Numbered from the stretch's first letter, positions 49,342-58,983 are shown. The stretch is DNA of 64,000 nucleotides from Minisyncoccota bacterium (GCA_035627655.1 DASPLI010000001.1:601605-665604), one strand, 5' to 3'. Translations and numbers: made by a program. Notes: generated from the sequence alone by a model not told the origin.

Positions 49342-49459
49342 TCCTCCGTCCCGTCAGTCGTCTGAACTCCCGAGAACCTCTTCTCGGGAGTTCATTCGTT
49401 CCTTCATGAAGGATCCAGCCCGAGTCGCTCATAATTACTTTTTCCTCTACACTTTCTCT

Positions 49460-50263
49460 ATGACTACTTTTCGCACAGGAGCACTCGCGCTTCTTATCGG
49501 ACTTATTATGGCGATGCCTGGTATGGCATTTGCTGCAGATGGATCGTTTGATGACTCGTCGCTTTCCGGCGTAACTCGCAAGGTAACGCTCACGGGCGAG
49601 ACCGATGCAACAAAAGTTCGCATTGTGGTTGAAAACGAAGACGGCAAGAAGGTGTACACGAGCCGCACTATCAAAGTCAGGGACGGGGAGTGGCGCGCCC
49701 GCATTTCCAAGAACCTCAAACCTGGAGACTACGAAGTAACTCTCTACGACGACAGCGGCAAGAAACGCGTTGAGCTTGATACGGCAACGCTGACCGTCAC
49801 GTCAAAGAACGGCTCGTCTAAAAGCTCGTCCAAGGGCGGCGAGCTCGCCGTTTCCGGCGTACCGCTTCTTATGGGTGGAACCGCAAACGCAAACACCTCA
49901 GTTCCGGTAGCCTACATAAAAGTGACAAACAAAGGGAAGTCGGATACATCCATTTCTGGCTTCAATCTCGTTGAAACTGGATCGGCGCCAGATAGTGTCG
50001 TGACTGGATTTAGCACAAGCGACGATAAGGGCGGCTCTCGATCTACGGTCTCCGCAACGTTCAACAAAAAGGGTCAGGCGTTTGTTCCGCTTGCCGCAAC
50101 ACTTGCGCCAGGTCAGTTCCGAATCTACACGATCAAAGCAGTGATCGGCAGCAACACCTCATTCGGCTCGCAGCTTCGTATCAATGTCGCTGGCATTGAA
50201 ACGGGTGCAAAGACAACCGCCGCATTCCCAATCATCGGTACGACCTTTACGCTTGGTATATAA
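49460..50263 (+). CDS. Secreted beta-rich (Ig-like) protein
   Basis: Signal peptide ending AFA; DGEW...L.PG.Y.V Ig-like motif. Confidence 0.75.
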   Translation: MTTFRTGALALLIGLIMAMPGMAFAADGSFDDSSLSGVTRKVTLTGETDATKVRIVVENEDGKKVYTSRTIKVRDGEWRARISKNLKPGDYEVTLYDDSGKKRVELDTATLTVTSKNGSSKSSSKGGELAVSGVPLLMGGTANANTSVPVAYIKVTNKGKSDTSISGFNLVETGSAPDSVVTGFSTSDDKGGSRSTVSATFNKKGQAFVPLAATLAPGQFRIYTIKAVIGSNTSFGSQLRINVAGIETGAKTTAAFPIIGTTFTLGI

Positions 50264-50389
50264 AAAGAAGCCGCCTTCACTGTGGAAGGCGGGCGACGGG
50301 AGATCTCTAAGGGGACAGTCAGATTCGTTTTTGCTCGAGCCGGGAGGGAACCAGCGAGCACGAATTCCAGACCGAAGATCCCCCGTCTG
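50262..50389 (-). ncRNA. Candidate small RNA B (rod-like hairpin with CCCUCC loop)
   Basis: Promoter TTGACT-17-CACAAT at 50395-50423 (minus); 13-bp closing helix with G-U pairs only on the minus strand; terminator CCGCCUUC/GAAGGCGG-CUUCUUUUU. Confidence 0.6.
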
Positions 50390-50430
50390 TTGAAATTGTG
50401 CGCCTGTGGGTTAGGGAAGTCAAGGATGAG

Positions 50431-50540
50431 AAAAACACCTCCATTTTCTGGAGGCGTTTGTGCGACACATGGCCAGGCGCTATCCAGGGGCTTAGGTTGG
50501 ATAGCAACCGGGGCTGAGGTTTTCTGACCACGTGCCGCAC
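50431..50540 (-). ncRNA. Candidate small RNA A (three-way junction, two AGCCCC loops)
   Basis: -10 TACCAT at 50545-50550; 15-bp closing helix with 3 G-U pairs; terminator CGCCUCCA/UGGAGGUG-UUUUU. Confidence 0.6.
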
Positions 50541-50813
50541 CCCTATGGTAGGTCGAATGCTGTGGGCCGTATATGAAGAATGAAGCTGTACCTAAGCCAA
50601 ATCTCGGATGGCCGAGAACTAGGGAAGAGGCCTTTCAGTTCCTCGTCTCCTCTTTCCTCGCGCATTCTTCACCTCCTCGGACTATCCACACCCAAGCTCC
50701 TCTGACTAAACCTATACAGATACGCCTCGTATACGGCCTTTTAGAGCCCTTCTAGTATCCCTAATGACCCGAGACCCCTCGAGACCAATACCTATACCTC
50801 TTCTCCTACGTAT

Positions 50814-50841
50814 AGTTCGCAAAAGATATATTGTGCGAAGT
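50814..50841. other. dif-like Xer recombination site
   Basis: AGTTCGCAAAA-GATATA-TTGTGCGAAGT (11-6-11) in a long gene-free gap where gene orientation and GGGNAGGG polarity switch. Confidence 0.75.
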
Positions 50842-51021
50842 CTATAGTTTTCTCTAAGGCTATGGAATCTAGCCCTGCACTAAATACAACTCCCTGCCCG
50901 ATCACCAGATCTCACGAAATTTTTTCCGCGACTCAACATTCTTACGTACTCTTTTTATTTCAAAAACTATTCTTCGCTCCGTCTCTTCCCTAGTGCGGGG
51001 AAGCGGGTGGGCGGGGAGGGG

Positions 51022-51840
51022 TCAGAGATTCTTGAATTGGTCTTTAATGTCCTCCTGCTCCCCTGCCCCTCCAGGCAAATCGAGATTGACGGTCTCGTTG
51101 GTTGTTTGTTCGTAGAAATCTTTAAGATCCCGAAGCGCATCAATCGTACTGTCTGAAAGTTTCGAAACATTATCCTTGTTTCGTATCCAAGCGGCAGCAT
51201 CTTGCCAGAGTTGTCGGAGCTCGGGCGGCAAGTGCGTCTGTGCGCGATCTGCTGAGTCCGCAAGCGCATAGCGCATAAAATAGGAGAAACCTTCTTTTCG
51301 GCGCTGCTGCATACGTGGATCATTCTCTTTTTTCTCGTCAGAGAAAAGTTCGTCTTCTCGATTGATGAGTTCTTCAACGAAAGCCTGTACTGCTTTGTCG
51401 TACGTCTCACGCTCACTCTCCGACATGTGTTCAATGCCAGCGGCTCTTCCGAGGAAACTCCTGTACTGGTCGAACACAGCGGACTTCACCGACGTGCGAA
51501 GTCGCTCCTCACCCATGGCGGCATTACCTGCTCCATCCAAGTGCTTTGCCGTTGAGATGTAACTCATGGCGCGGTCAACGGTTTTCGTAAAATACGGATC
51601 TTGTTCGTACTGCTCTGCCCGATGCCATGACACATCCTGGTTTGGCGCAAGCTTCGCAAGATGCAGCGCTGCCTGCTTGCGGAGTTCCGGATACCGGAGC
51701 AACACAGCGTCAAAAATATAAAACTGCAGCTCGGGCATGCCCTGCGACATTTGAAACGACCAGAATATGATGTTGGCAAACTTTTTCTCGACGTCCTCCT
51801 GCCCTTCCCTGGTTTCTGTTTTCGGAGGAAATTCAGACAT
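51022..51840 (-). CDS. Hypothetical helical protein
   Basis: Long ORF directly downstream of the LOG gene. Confidence 0.75.
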   Translation of the reverse strand: MSEFPPKTETREGQEDVEKKFANIIFWSFQMSQGMPELQFYIFDAVLLRYPELRKQAALHLAKLAPNQDVSWHRAEQYEQDPYFTKTVDRAMSYISTAKHLDGAGNAAMGEERLRTSVKSAVFDQYRSFLGRAAGIEHMSESERETYDKAVQAFVEELINREDELFSDEKKENDPRMQQRRKEGFSYFMRYALADSADRAQTHLPPELRQLWQDAAAWIRNKDNVSKLSDSTIDALRDLKDFYEQTTNETVNLDLPGGAGEQEDIKDQFKNL

Positions 51841-51842
51841 AC

Positions 51843-52622
51843 CTAGCACTTCGTATTGGCAACAATGTAGTCGAATGCTTCGTCGACTGAATCAACGATG
51901 TGGAAGATCTCCATGTCTTCTGGATCAATCGCGCTGTACTTCTCGAGAAGCGTCTTGCGGAAGCCTTCGATAGCTGGCGTCCAGAATTCTTTTCCATAGA
52001 GAACGACCGGGATGCGCTTGATCTTCTGTGTCTGGATCAGTGTGACGATTTCGAAGAATTCGTCGAGCGTACCAAAACCACCGGGGAAATAGATATAGAC
52101 TTCGGATGCAAACGTGAGCATCACCTTTCGTACGAAAAAGTGGCTGAAGTAAATTTCTTCAGTTACGTACTTATTCATGGCCTGGCTCTCGTTGAGGTGG
52201 ATGTTGAGACCAACCGAAGCACCGCCCGCCTCATATGCGCCTTTGTTGGCAGCCTCCATGATGCCTGCCGATCCGCCGGTAATAACTGCAAACCCGCGCT
52301 TAGCGAGCCGTCCGGCAAGTTCCGTTGCCGACTGATAGTAGTGGTGTTCAAAGCCAACGCGGTTTGAGCCAAAGAAGGTGGCAGCGAGCGCATATTTCTG
52401 AATAAGCTCGAAGCCTTCCACAAACTCGGACATGATCTTAAAGACGCGCCATGGCTCAAGCTCGCGCGGCTTGCAGACAAGCGGTTCAGGAATAGTCGGC
52501 ACCTTCCCCTTGCCTTCCTCAATATGACGCGAGAGTTTCGCGCCCATCATGTGATGATCGGCGGGATCCGTCACCGGATGCGACAACGGAAGGTTGCTTG
52601 GGCTTAGGATTTCGTCTGCCAT
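51843..52622 (-). CDS. LOG family (TIGR00730-like) nucleotide phosphoribohydrolase
   Basis: TGG..GIMEAANKGA, FFVRK, PGGFGTLDE. Confidence 0.92.
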   Translation of the reverse strand: MADEILSPSNLPLSHPVTDPADHHMMGAKLSRHIEEGKGKVPTIPEPLVCKPRELEPWRVFKIMSEFVEGFELIQKYALAATFFGSNRVGFEHHYYQSATELAGRLAKRGFAVITGGSAGIMEAANKGAYEAGGASVGLNIHLNESQAMNKYVTEEIYFSHFFVRKVMLTFASEVYIYFPGGFGTLDEFFEIVTLIQTQKIKRIPVVLYGKEFWTPAIEGFRKTLLEKYSAIDPEDMEIFHIVDSVDEAFDYIVANTKC

Positions 52623-53203
52623 GGTATTGGAAAAGATGAAAAGTCCGGAATGACGTTCTTATTATACGCCATTCGCGCGATAACTTCTGCATGCCAGAGC
52701 GCTCCCGTTAGCGCATTGTGTGGATGTGTTTCTTCCGGAAGGCCGCAGTACTCAAGCACGGTCTTTGAATTGATTGCTGAGTGATTGCGGATCTGCGGCA
52801 CTTCTTTTCCATGAAGCGTCATGTGAAGCCACGTAAGGCTGTGGAGATCAAGGGTGCGGTGTGCAAACGGACATTCGATATGCGCGCGGCGCGCGGCAGC
52901 TTCGAGAAAGGCGCGATCGAACGCAACATTCTGTGCGGCAAGCGTCCGATCCTTGGGTCGATCGGTCGCCCACGCAAAGAAAGCGGCAATGAGTTCCGCT
53001 TCGGTCTTCTTCTCCGAATCTTTTGCATCCTCCTCGCTGAAGCCGTTTATCTCGCAAGCCTCCTTCTCTATCTTCGCCCCGCCCCAGATTCGACACTCGT
53101 CGTAAAACTGGTTGGTGGGCTCGTCCAGATCAAGCGCTCCAATCGAGAGAATGGAGTGCTGATCCGGATTGGTGCCGCTGGATTCAACGTCGAGAACAAT
53201 CAT
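52604..53203 (-). CDS. DEDDh 3'-5' exonuclease
   Basis: LDVESSG, NVAFD, HNAL. Confidence 0.85.
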   Translation of the reverse strand: MIVLDVESSGTNPDQHSILSIGALDLDEPTNQFYDECRIWGGAKIEKEACEINGFSEEDAKDSEKKTEAELIAAFFAWATDRPKDRTLAAQNVAFDRAFLEAAARRAHIECPFAHRTLDLHSLTWLHMTLHGKEVPQIRNHSAINSKTVLEYCGLPEETHPHNALTGALWHAEVIARMAYNKNVIPDFSSFPIPWQTKS

Positions 53204-53296
53204 TTGACTCTAGTGTACCAGGTACAGATTCCTCCTTGACTAGAAAAGGATAATTCTGCATAGTGTGACTCGCTTGGTTAGCGAAAGGAGGAATCT

Positions 53297-53539
53297 GTGC
53301 TGACGTTTCTGCTGACCTGGTTATCGTACTTTCTCATCATCACCCTCGCACTCGTGATCGTCTTTGGGATTTGGATGAAAACCGCCAATCCCGCTGGCAT
53401 TGCGTATGCGATGGCATTCTTCCTGCCCGGACCCCTGCTACCATTCGTTCTTATCGGTCTGCCACTTCTATTGGCGATCATTGGGAGCGTGGACCCACTC
53501 GGTTGGTTCTGGACAGGCGTTGTTGGAATCGACTCATAA
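53297..53539 (+). CDS. Hypothetical membrane protein
   Basis: AAGGAGG SD; TTGACT-17-CATAGT promoter; hairpin downstream. Confidence 0.7.
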   Translation: MLTFLLTWLSYFLIITLALVIVFGIWMKTANPAGIAYAMAFFLPGPLLPFVLIGLPLLLAIIGSVDPLGWFWTGVVGIDS

Positions 53540-53585
53540 CTTGAGTCGATCCTAGGAGGCCGCTTCACACCCGAAGCGGCTTCTT

Positions 53586-53996
53586 CTATATCCCCTTACA
53601 GTTTGCTGCTGGCGTATACCCTGCCGCCTCTGCATCTGCTTTCGTTGAAAACCACACCTTATTTTCTTCCTTGATGTTCTTCACTCCCCCGCACCACGGA
53701 AGGTAGTACCGAGTTCCGTTTTTAGAAGCGACATATTGCCCGCCTGCGTTCATGGCAGGCTCTGGGTCTGGAGCTACCTCCACTGCTGAAGCGCTTGCGG
53801 CAGGCAACGAATGCTCAAGCGGCAGCTGCTCGATATAGACCTGCCCTACCCCACCCTCCTGGGAAGCCAGGTACCCGAGCCCGAAGCTTGCAGAACAGGA
53901 AAAAACGAGCACCAGAGCCATGAGGGCGCCCTCAGGGATGCGCGCGAGGAGGCGTTTGCCAGACGCCGAAAGCTGCGCTATAATAGGCATATTCAC
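53586..53996 (-). CDS. Membrane-anchored protein with Ada metal-binding-like C-terminus
   Basis: YVASKNG..YY.PWC...F....AEAAGY.P..NC. Confidence 0.75.
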   Translation of the reverse strand: MNMPIIAQLSASGKRLLARIPEGALMALVLVFSCSASFGLGYLASQEGGVGQVYIEQLPLEHSLPAASASAVEVAPDPEPAMNAGGQYVASKNGTRYYLPWCGGVKNIKEENKVWFSTKADAEAAGYTPAANCKGI

Positions 53997-54012
53997 GTTT
54001 TAGTATACCAGT

Positions 54013-54285
54013 ATGGCATCAACCAAAGCCGGTGGCTCAACCCAAAATGTACGCGACTCAAACCCGAAGTATCTCGGGGTAAAGCTTGCTGACGGCCAGA
54101 AGGCCAAGGCCGGCCAGGTCATCGTCCGCCAGCGCGGCACCAAGATCGAGGCAGGTCAGAACGTCCGCGTCGGTAAGGATCACACCCTCTACGCTTCCAC
54201 CGACGGAAAGGTCTCCTTCACCGAACGCCGGAAGACCAAGTACGACGGTCGCGTCGTTCGAAAGAAAGTCGCCAACGTGCTCTAA
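54013..54285 (+). CDS. rpmA: 50S ribosomal protein L27
   Basis: [32 protein letters not shown]. Confidence 0.97.
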   Translation: MASTKAGGSTQNVRDSNPKYLGVKLADGQKAKAGQVIVRQRGTKIEAGQNVRVGKDHTLYASTDGKVSFTERRKTKYDGRVVRKKVANVL

Positions 54286-54369
54286 AGAAAGCCCCTTCCG
54301 GGGCTTTCTTCTTGACATTTGCATCCAGTAAGGCAAAGTGATTTTCGGACTAACCGTGGAGGTATTTTC

Positions 54370-54678
54370 ATGTCCACACCACACAAGATCCTGCTTCGTA
54401 TCCCAACGTCGAAGGAGCTTGATCTGATCTGCACGCAGGCCGTCAAGCCTGGGTTCGGTATGATGCTCGCCGGCTTTTTGATCCTCATTGTTGCTGCGCT
54501 GTTGGCCGTAATGACTCAATCGTGGCAAATAGCGACCATCGGCGGCGTGCTCGGCGGCGGCATCGCCGTTCTTGGCGTTGTTTATGTGCTCGTTGCAGAC
54601 GCCGCCGTTCGCTCGGTCATCATCGCGGCCGACAGCGAGGCAGAAACCCGGATCTTGAACGTCGAAGTTCCTACCTGA
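54370..54678 (+). CDS. Hypothetical membrane protein (2 TM)
   Basis: GGAGG SD; TTGACA upstream; hairpin at 54683-54720. Confidence 0.7.
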   Translation: MSTPHKILLRIPTSKELDLICTQAVKPGFGMMLAGFLILIVAALLAVMTQSWQIATIGGVLGGGIAVLGVVYVLVADAAVRSVIIAADSEAETRILNVEVPT

Positions 54679-54728
54679 ACAAAACAGATGGCCGCCCATT
54701 CCGGGCGGCCATCTTCTGTTTCTCTTTC

Positions 54729-55154
54729 TTACTCAGCGACGACTTCGATTGAAAACTTGCCGAACTGGTCTCCGTAGGAAACCGGAACCTCGAAGGTACC
54801 AAGCTCCTTGAACGGGCGCTCGATGCGGACACTATCGGCAGGAATGCCAGCAGCCTCTGCAATCTCCTTAGCATCTACCCCATCATAGAGATGACCCTGC
54901 TCATTCGCCTTCTTGGTAAAGGTGAGCTTGGTGTCTGCAAGCGCTGCGAGGCGGTCCTCCACAAGCTTAGCGGCAATCGCACGCTCCTGCTCTGCCTGCT
55001 TGGCACGTACCTCTACCTGCTTGAGCGTTGCCGGAGTTGCCGGAACCGCAAGCCCGCGAGGAATAAGAAGGTTCAAAGCGTGGCCGTCTTTTACGTCAAC
55101 GGCGGTATATGCCTTGCCCGTTCCCTTGATGTCTTTCAGTAAAACGACTTTCAT
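54729..55154 (-). CDS. rplI: 50S ribosomal protein L9
   Basis: MKVVLLKDIKGTGK...VKDGHALNLLIPRGLA; GHLY; KELG. Confidence 0.94.
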   Translation of the reverse strand: MKVVLLKDIKGTGKAYTAVDVKDGHALNLLIPRGLAVPATPATLKQVEVRAKQAEQERAIAAKLVEDRLAALADTKLTFTKKANEQGHLYDGVDAKEIAEAAGIPADSVRIERPFKELGTFEVPVSYGDQFGKFSIEVVAE

Positions 55155-55199
55155 GATTTGGCCATCCTACCGTCCCAACGAACCTTATGCAAATGACCC

Positions 55200-56198
55200 C
55201 TAGAAAGCCGAGTGGACGCTTGCCGCCTGACCGTCGGTCGGAACCTCAAGCGCTGGGCCGCCAATGGTGTTGAAGGCCATAAGGCCTACCACGATCACCA
55301 GGAGTGCGAAGGTGCCGCCGAGTGCTTCAACATACGGCGCCCGCAGGTGAGCAGCGATCGAAAGGATGAGGAGAATGCCAACCGCTCCCGCGAGAATTGA
55401 GAAGACGATCGTCATGGTGTGGTCAGGAGAAGCGGCCGCTTCCGCCACAAACGCAGGCACCTGCGGCGAAGAAATTACGGGCGCAGCCTCGCCAAGCACC
55501 GTCGTTTCAGCTGGCTCTTCGGTCACCACTTCCGATACGATCGGAGTTGGTTCTGGCTCAGGTATAACCTCCGGTTCAGAAATGACCGGAGTCGGTTCTG
55601 GCGCAACGACAGCAACTGTTCGCGGAGACGCAAAGTACTGCACCACAAATGTTACTTCTTCTCCCTTGTATATGCCGCGAGCAGTCGCAATGCCAATCTC
55701 CGTATACACAGGCTTTACGATATTCGCCCGATGCGTCGGCGAGTTCATCCACGCTTCTTCTACTTCAGCAGAGTCTTCAAAATTCACCGCGAGATTCTCC
55801 CCAGCATACTCGTAATCGTAGCCAGCTTCGGCAATCCAGTACCACGGCTCACGACCATCAGGCGTTACATGGGAGAAGTAGCCCTTCGCGGCCATATCGT
55901 TTGCCTTGAGCTGCGCAGCTTTCATCAAGAGCGCATTTTCGGTTACCTGCCCAACCCCGTGTTCTTCGCGGTCCGCGTTGGTAAGCGAGATCAGAACGCC
56001 CGGCAGCACAGACGCAAGAAAGCCTTCACTCTTGAACGCGACCTCCTTCCCGACAACATAGATGCCCTGTATGAGGAGCACAGCGAGCAGCAATCCGACA
56101 ATAACTTCGGTTGCAAGAATCTTTGGACGGTAGTCGTTCCCCTGATGCGGGACGAGATGATCCTTCACGTGCTCATGCCAGCGCTTCTGAGGATTCAT
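55200..56198 (-). CDS. CAP/SCP domain membrane protein
   Basis: KANDMA..GYFSH, AGENLA, WMNSPTHRANI, EIGI. Confidence 0.9.
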   Translation of the reverse strand: MNPQKRWHEHVKDHLVPHQGNDYRPKILATEVIVGLLLAVLLIQGIYVVGKEVAFKSEGFLASVLPGVLISLTNADREEHGVGQVTENALLMKAAQLKANDMAAKGYFSHVTPDGREPWYWIAEAGYDYEYAGENLAVNFEDSAEVEEAWMNSPTHRANIVKPVYTEIGIATARGIYKGEEVTFVVQYFASPRTVAVVAPEPTPVISEPEVIPEPEPTPIVSEVVTEEPAETTVLGEAAPVISSPQVPAFVAEAAASPDHTMTIVFSILAGAVGILLILSIAAHLRAPYVEALGGTFALLVIVVGLMAFNTIGGPALEVPTDGQAASVHSAF

Positions 56199-56273
56199 TG
56201 GATAATATAATCACACATATATTGGATAAACGCAAACCGCCACCCTGTGGGTGGCGGTTTAGCGAGGTGTGCG

Positions 56274-58712
56274 CTACGGAAGCGCAGGAACCGGAAGCAC
56301 TGCTGGGGCGCAGTGGAGCGAGTTGATCTTCCACTGAGTCAGCTTGTAGACCGTGCCGGTCGGGGTGTGGTCGGTCGCAAGACCAAACGGCACCCATGGG
56401 GCGAGCACTTCCTCCCAGTACTTGATCTGGAAGACGTTCACCGCCTCCACCGTTGCAGCGTCGTAGATACCATTCACTTCAAGCGAGAGGGACAGTTCTC
56501 CGTTAAGGAACTCCTGGAGAAGCTTCACCTGCTCTGGAAGGTTGTTGGCACTACCCTGGTACAGATAGCTCGTGAGGAGCGGTACGCAGGCATCCGGGCC
56601 GGTTTCGGCACCGAGAACTTCGCCGCCATCGTCATCGTTGTCGGCGCGATCGCGCGGATCGTTGCGTCCGCCGCCATCACGGTTACCCTGCTCTTCCTCT
56701 GGAGTCTCTGCGACACAGAGATCGCCAGCGTCATTCACTTCCATGCCGTCCGGACACTCCGTCGGCGGGAACGGTACGAACACACACATCGGTGCGTCCC
56801 CTTCCATGACGAGGTCATAGTGATCGGGACAGACCGGGCGGGTCGAGTCAGCGACGCACATGCCGCTCTCCTCGTCGTAGCCGTAGTTTTCTGGACAATC
56901 AAACGGAACGTCATCAGCCACACACATGAACTCATCGTTCATGCTCGTGCCTTCAGGACATTCTGCCGGAGTACCAGGCTCCTCGCCTTCGCCAGGACAC
57001 ATGCCGTCTACCGGAGATGCCTCGTTCGGGCAGGTCGGCGCTTCAGGCGTAGTGTCCTCGCACAGACCAGTGTCTGAGTTGAGGCTCATGCCTTCTGGGC
57101 AAGACGGCTCAACTGGTTCTGCTTCACAGAGGCCAGTCTGGCTGTTGTATGAGCCGATAGGACATGGGTTTGGTGAGCCTTCCGACTCAGGAACGCACAT
57201 ACCCTGTTCGATGTAGTACCCCTCCGGGCAGGTCGGAGTCACCGGATCAACCGTCTCCGTATCAACGGTGACAGTAACGTCCTGCGAATCCGTATCCTCG
57301 CCATCAGAGACGATCACCGAGAAGGTGTGCGTGCCAAGATCGCTCTCATCCATAAGCCACGAGAAGAGACCTGTGCCGCTGTCGATGCTTGCACCCTCTG
57401 GCTCTCCGGAGAGGCTGAAGGTAAGCGTATCCTCGTCAGCGTCCGTTGCGTCTGCGTCAAACGATGCAGTCTCGCCCGGAATAACGAAGAGGTCAGCGAT
57501 GAAGTCGAGCACCGGTGCGTTGTTGCCTTCTACGATAATAAGATCGTAGGAGACCGTACAGGTGTATGCCTCGCCCGCATCTGCCGTACCGCTACAGGTA
57601 CCCGTAAGATCGCTCGTGTAACCGCTCACTGCGTCGGCAGTTACCGCGAAGGTATCGCCGTCGTTGAGGGTTACCTGACCGCTGTAATCACCTGCAGCGC
57701 CGCCGTTGATGCTGACGTTTGCGCCAGCACCGGTCGGGCTGCCAGGAACAACGACATCAAGGGTTGCGGTAGTGACTGGGAACAAGAAGGTCACCGTGTT
57801 GTCCGTTGCTGTTGACGCGGTGTTTCCGTTACCTGCACCATCCTGAGCCTTGTTAGCACCAATAGAGGCCGTCACGGTGCCCGGACCGGTCATGCCAGTG
57901 ACGGTAACCGTGTAGGTCGTGCCGCTACCAGAGACGAGCGCAGTGTTTGCACCAGCCGTACCGCCAAGCATTACGTCACCAGCTGCAAAGCCGGTTACTG
58001 ACTCGCTGAAGACAACCGTGAACTCAATCGTTGGATCGAGGGTCGGATCATCCTGACCAGCTGCCTGGTTGATGGTTACGGTAGGAGCGGTGGTGTCTGG
58101 AAGAGACCCATCTACCGACACGCCGTCGACGCGGAAGAATTCGTTTTCATCGAATCCGTCGTCTGACGCGCTTCGGAAGCGAATTGAGAAGTTGTTGCTA
58201 TTGATGCCTCCCGGAATGCTTACCGTCTGAAGGCTGCTCCAGCCTTCATGCACGTTATTGTTTCCGTCGTCGAGTTCATGAGAAGCAAGCTGCGTCCAGC
58301 CAGACGCGGTACATGAGCTACCGTTTCTAACTTCTACGTATGCATTCTCATTGTTTTCTGCATCAGCGTCTCCGCGCCAGTAATAGCTTAGAGAGAGCGA
58401 GGTGTAACCCGCTGCGCTGATGTTTTCACAAATCCATTCGCCATCTGCAATCTTGGCGAAGCGTCCGCCGTTTGGACTTGCTGTGTCCTCACCGCTGCCG
58501 CTTGGATTCTGTGCTCTGGTGGAACTGTCATCATCGTCACCTTCTTCGTCCCAGCCAGAAATGTTGTCTGTGCTTGAGCCGGAACCGAAACCATCCGAGA
58601 AGATGGTTGCGGCGGTCGCCGATGAGAATGTTCCCCCGAGAAGGAGGGCGGCAATCATTGCGACAGCAACAATGCCAAGCCCCGCCTTCCGAAGAACGGA
58701 GTTCATAGTCAT
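56274..58712 (-). CDS. Large secreted surface protein: lectin-like N-terminus, Ig-like domains, 8 Cys-pair repeats, C-terminal peptidoglycan-binding-like domain
   Basis: Signal peptide; DTTAPTVTI...FSESVTGF; NNAPVL...DADEDTLTFSL; CP-x9-14-C repeats; VKLLQEFL...G.YD..T..AV..FQ. Confidence 0.8.
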   Translation of the reverse strand: MTMNSVLRKAGLGIVAVAMIAALLLGGTFSSATAATIFSDGFGSGSSTDNISGWDEEGDDDDSSTRAQNPSGSGEDTASPNGGRFAKIADGEWICENISAAGYTSLSLSYYWRGDADAENNENAYVEVRNGSSCTASGWTQLASHELDDGNNNVHEGWSSLQTVSIPGGINSNNFSIRFRSASDDGFDENEFFRVDGVSVDGSLPDTTAPTVTINQAAGQDDPTLDPTIEFTVVFSESVTGFAAGDVMLGGTAGANTALVSGSGTTYTVTVTGMTGPGTVTASIGANKAQDGAGNGNTASTATDNTVTFLFPVTTATLDVVVPGSPTGAGANVSINGGAAGDYSGQVTLNDGDTFAVTADAVSGYTSDLTGTCSGTADAGEAYTCTVSYDLIIVEGNNAPVLDFIADLFVIPGETASFDADATDADEDTLTFSLSGEPEGASIDSGTGLFSWLMDESDLGTHTFSVIVSDGEDTDSQDVTVTVDTETVDPVTPTCPEGYYIEQGMCVPESEGSPNPCPIGSYNSQTGLCEAEPVEPSCPEGMSLNSDTGLCEDTTPEAPTCPNEASPVDGMCPGEGEEPGTPAECPEGTSMNDEFMCVADDVPFDCPENYGYDEESGMCVADSTRPVCPDHYDLVMEGDAPMCVFVPFPPTECPDGMEVNDAGDLCVAETPEEEQGNRDGGGRNDPRDRADNDDDGGEVLGAETGPDACVPLLTSYLYQGSANNLPEQVKLLQEFLNGELSLSLEVNGIYDAATVEAVNVFQIKYWEEVLAPWVPFGLATDHTPTGTVYKLTQWKINSLHCAPAVLPVPALP

Positions 58713-58983
58713 GGTTATGTTCTAACGTAAATAAGTAAACGAACCGGTCTATAGCATTTGCCCTGCTATAAAGCGCACTATGCCTGGGTACAGACCAGAG
58801 TCAAGCGGTGCCTACATGTGGATATGACAGAAGATGACGCTGTCACCTGTCCCGCCCTCCCCTCTGAACTGTCGAGAGCTTTGTAGAAGCTTATAAATAG
58901 TGCCTTCCTATAGGACAACAGTCTCAAGGACATATCGGACATACAAAAACACCCCATGGTCGGGGTGTTTTTGCCTGTGGATA

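Noticed and set aside
50295-50387. SRP (4.5S) or 6S RNA
   Set aside because: The plus-strand CC-GGGA-GG looks SRP-like, but the conserved CAGG/AGCA loop is missing and the promoter and G-U pairs indicate the minus strand. It is too short and lacks the large central bubble of 6S. An Rfam search is still needed.
50573-50755. 60-aa ORF in the terminus gap
   Set aside because: No SD, low-complexity pyrimidine-rich sequence and no recognisable motif.
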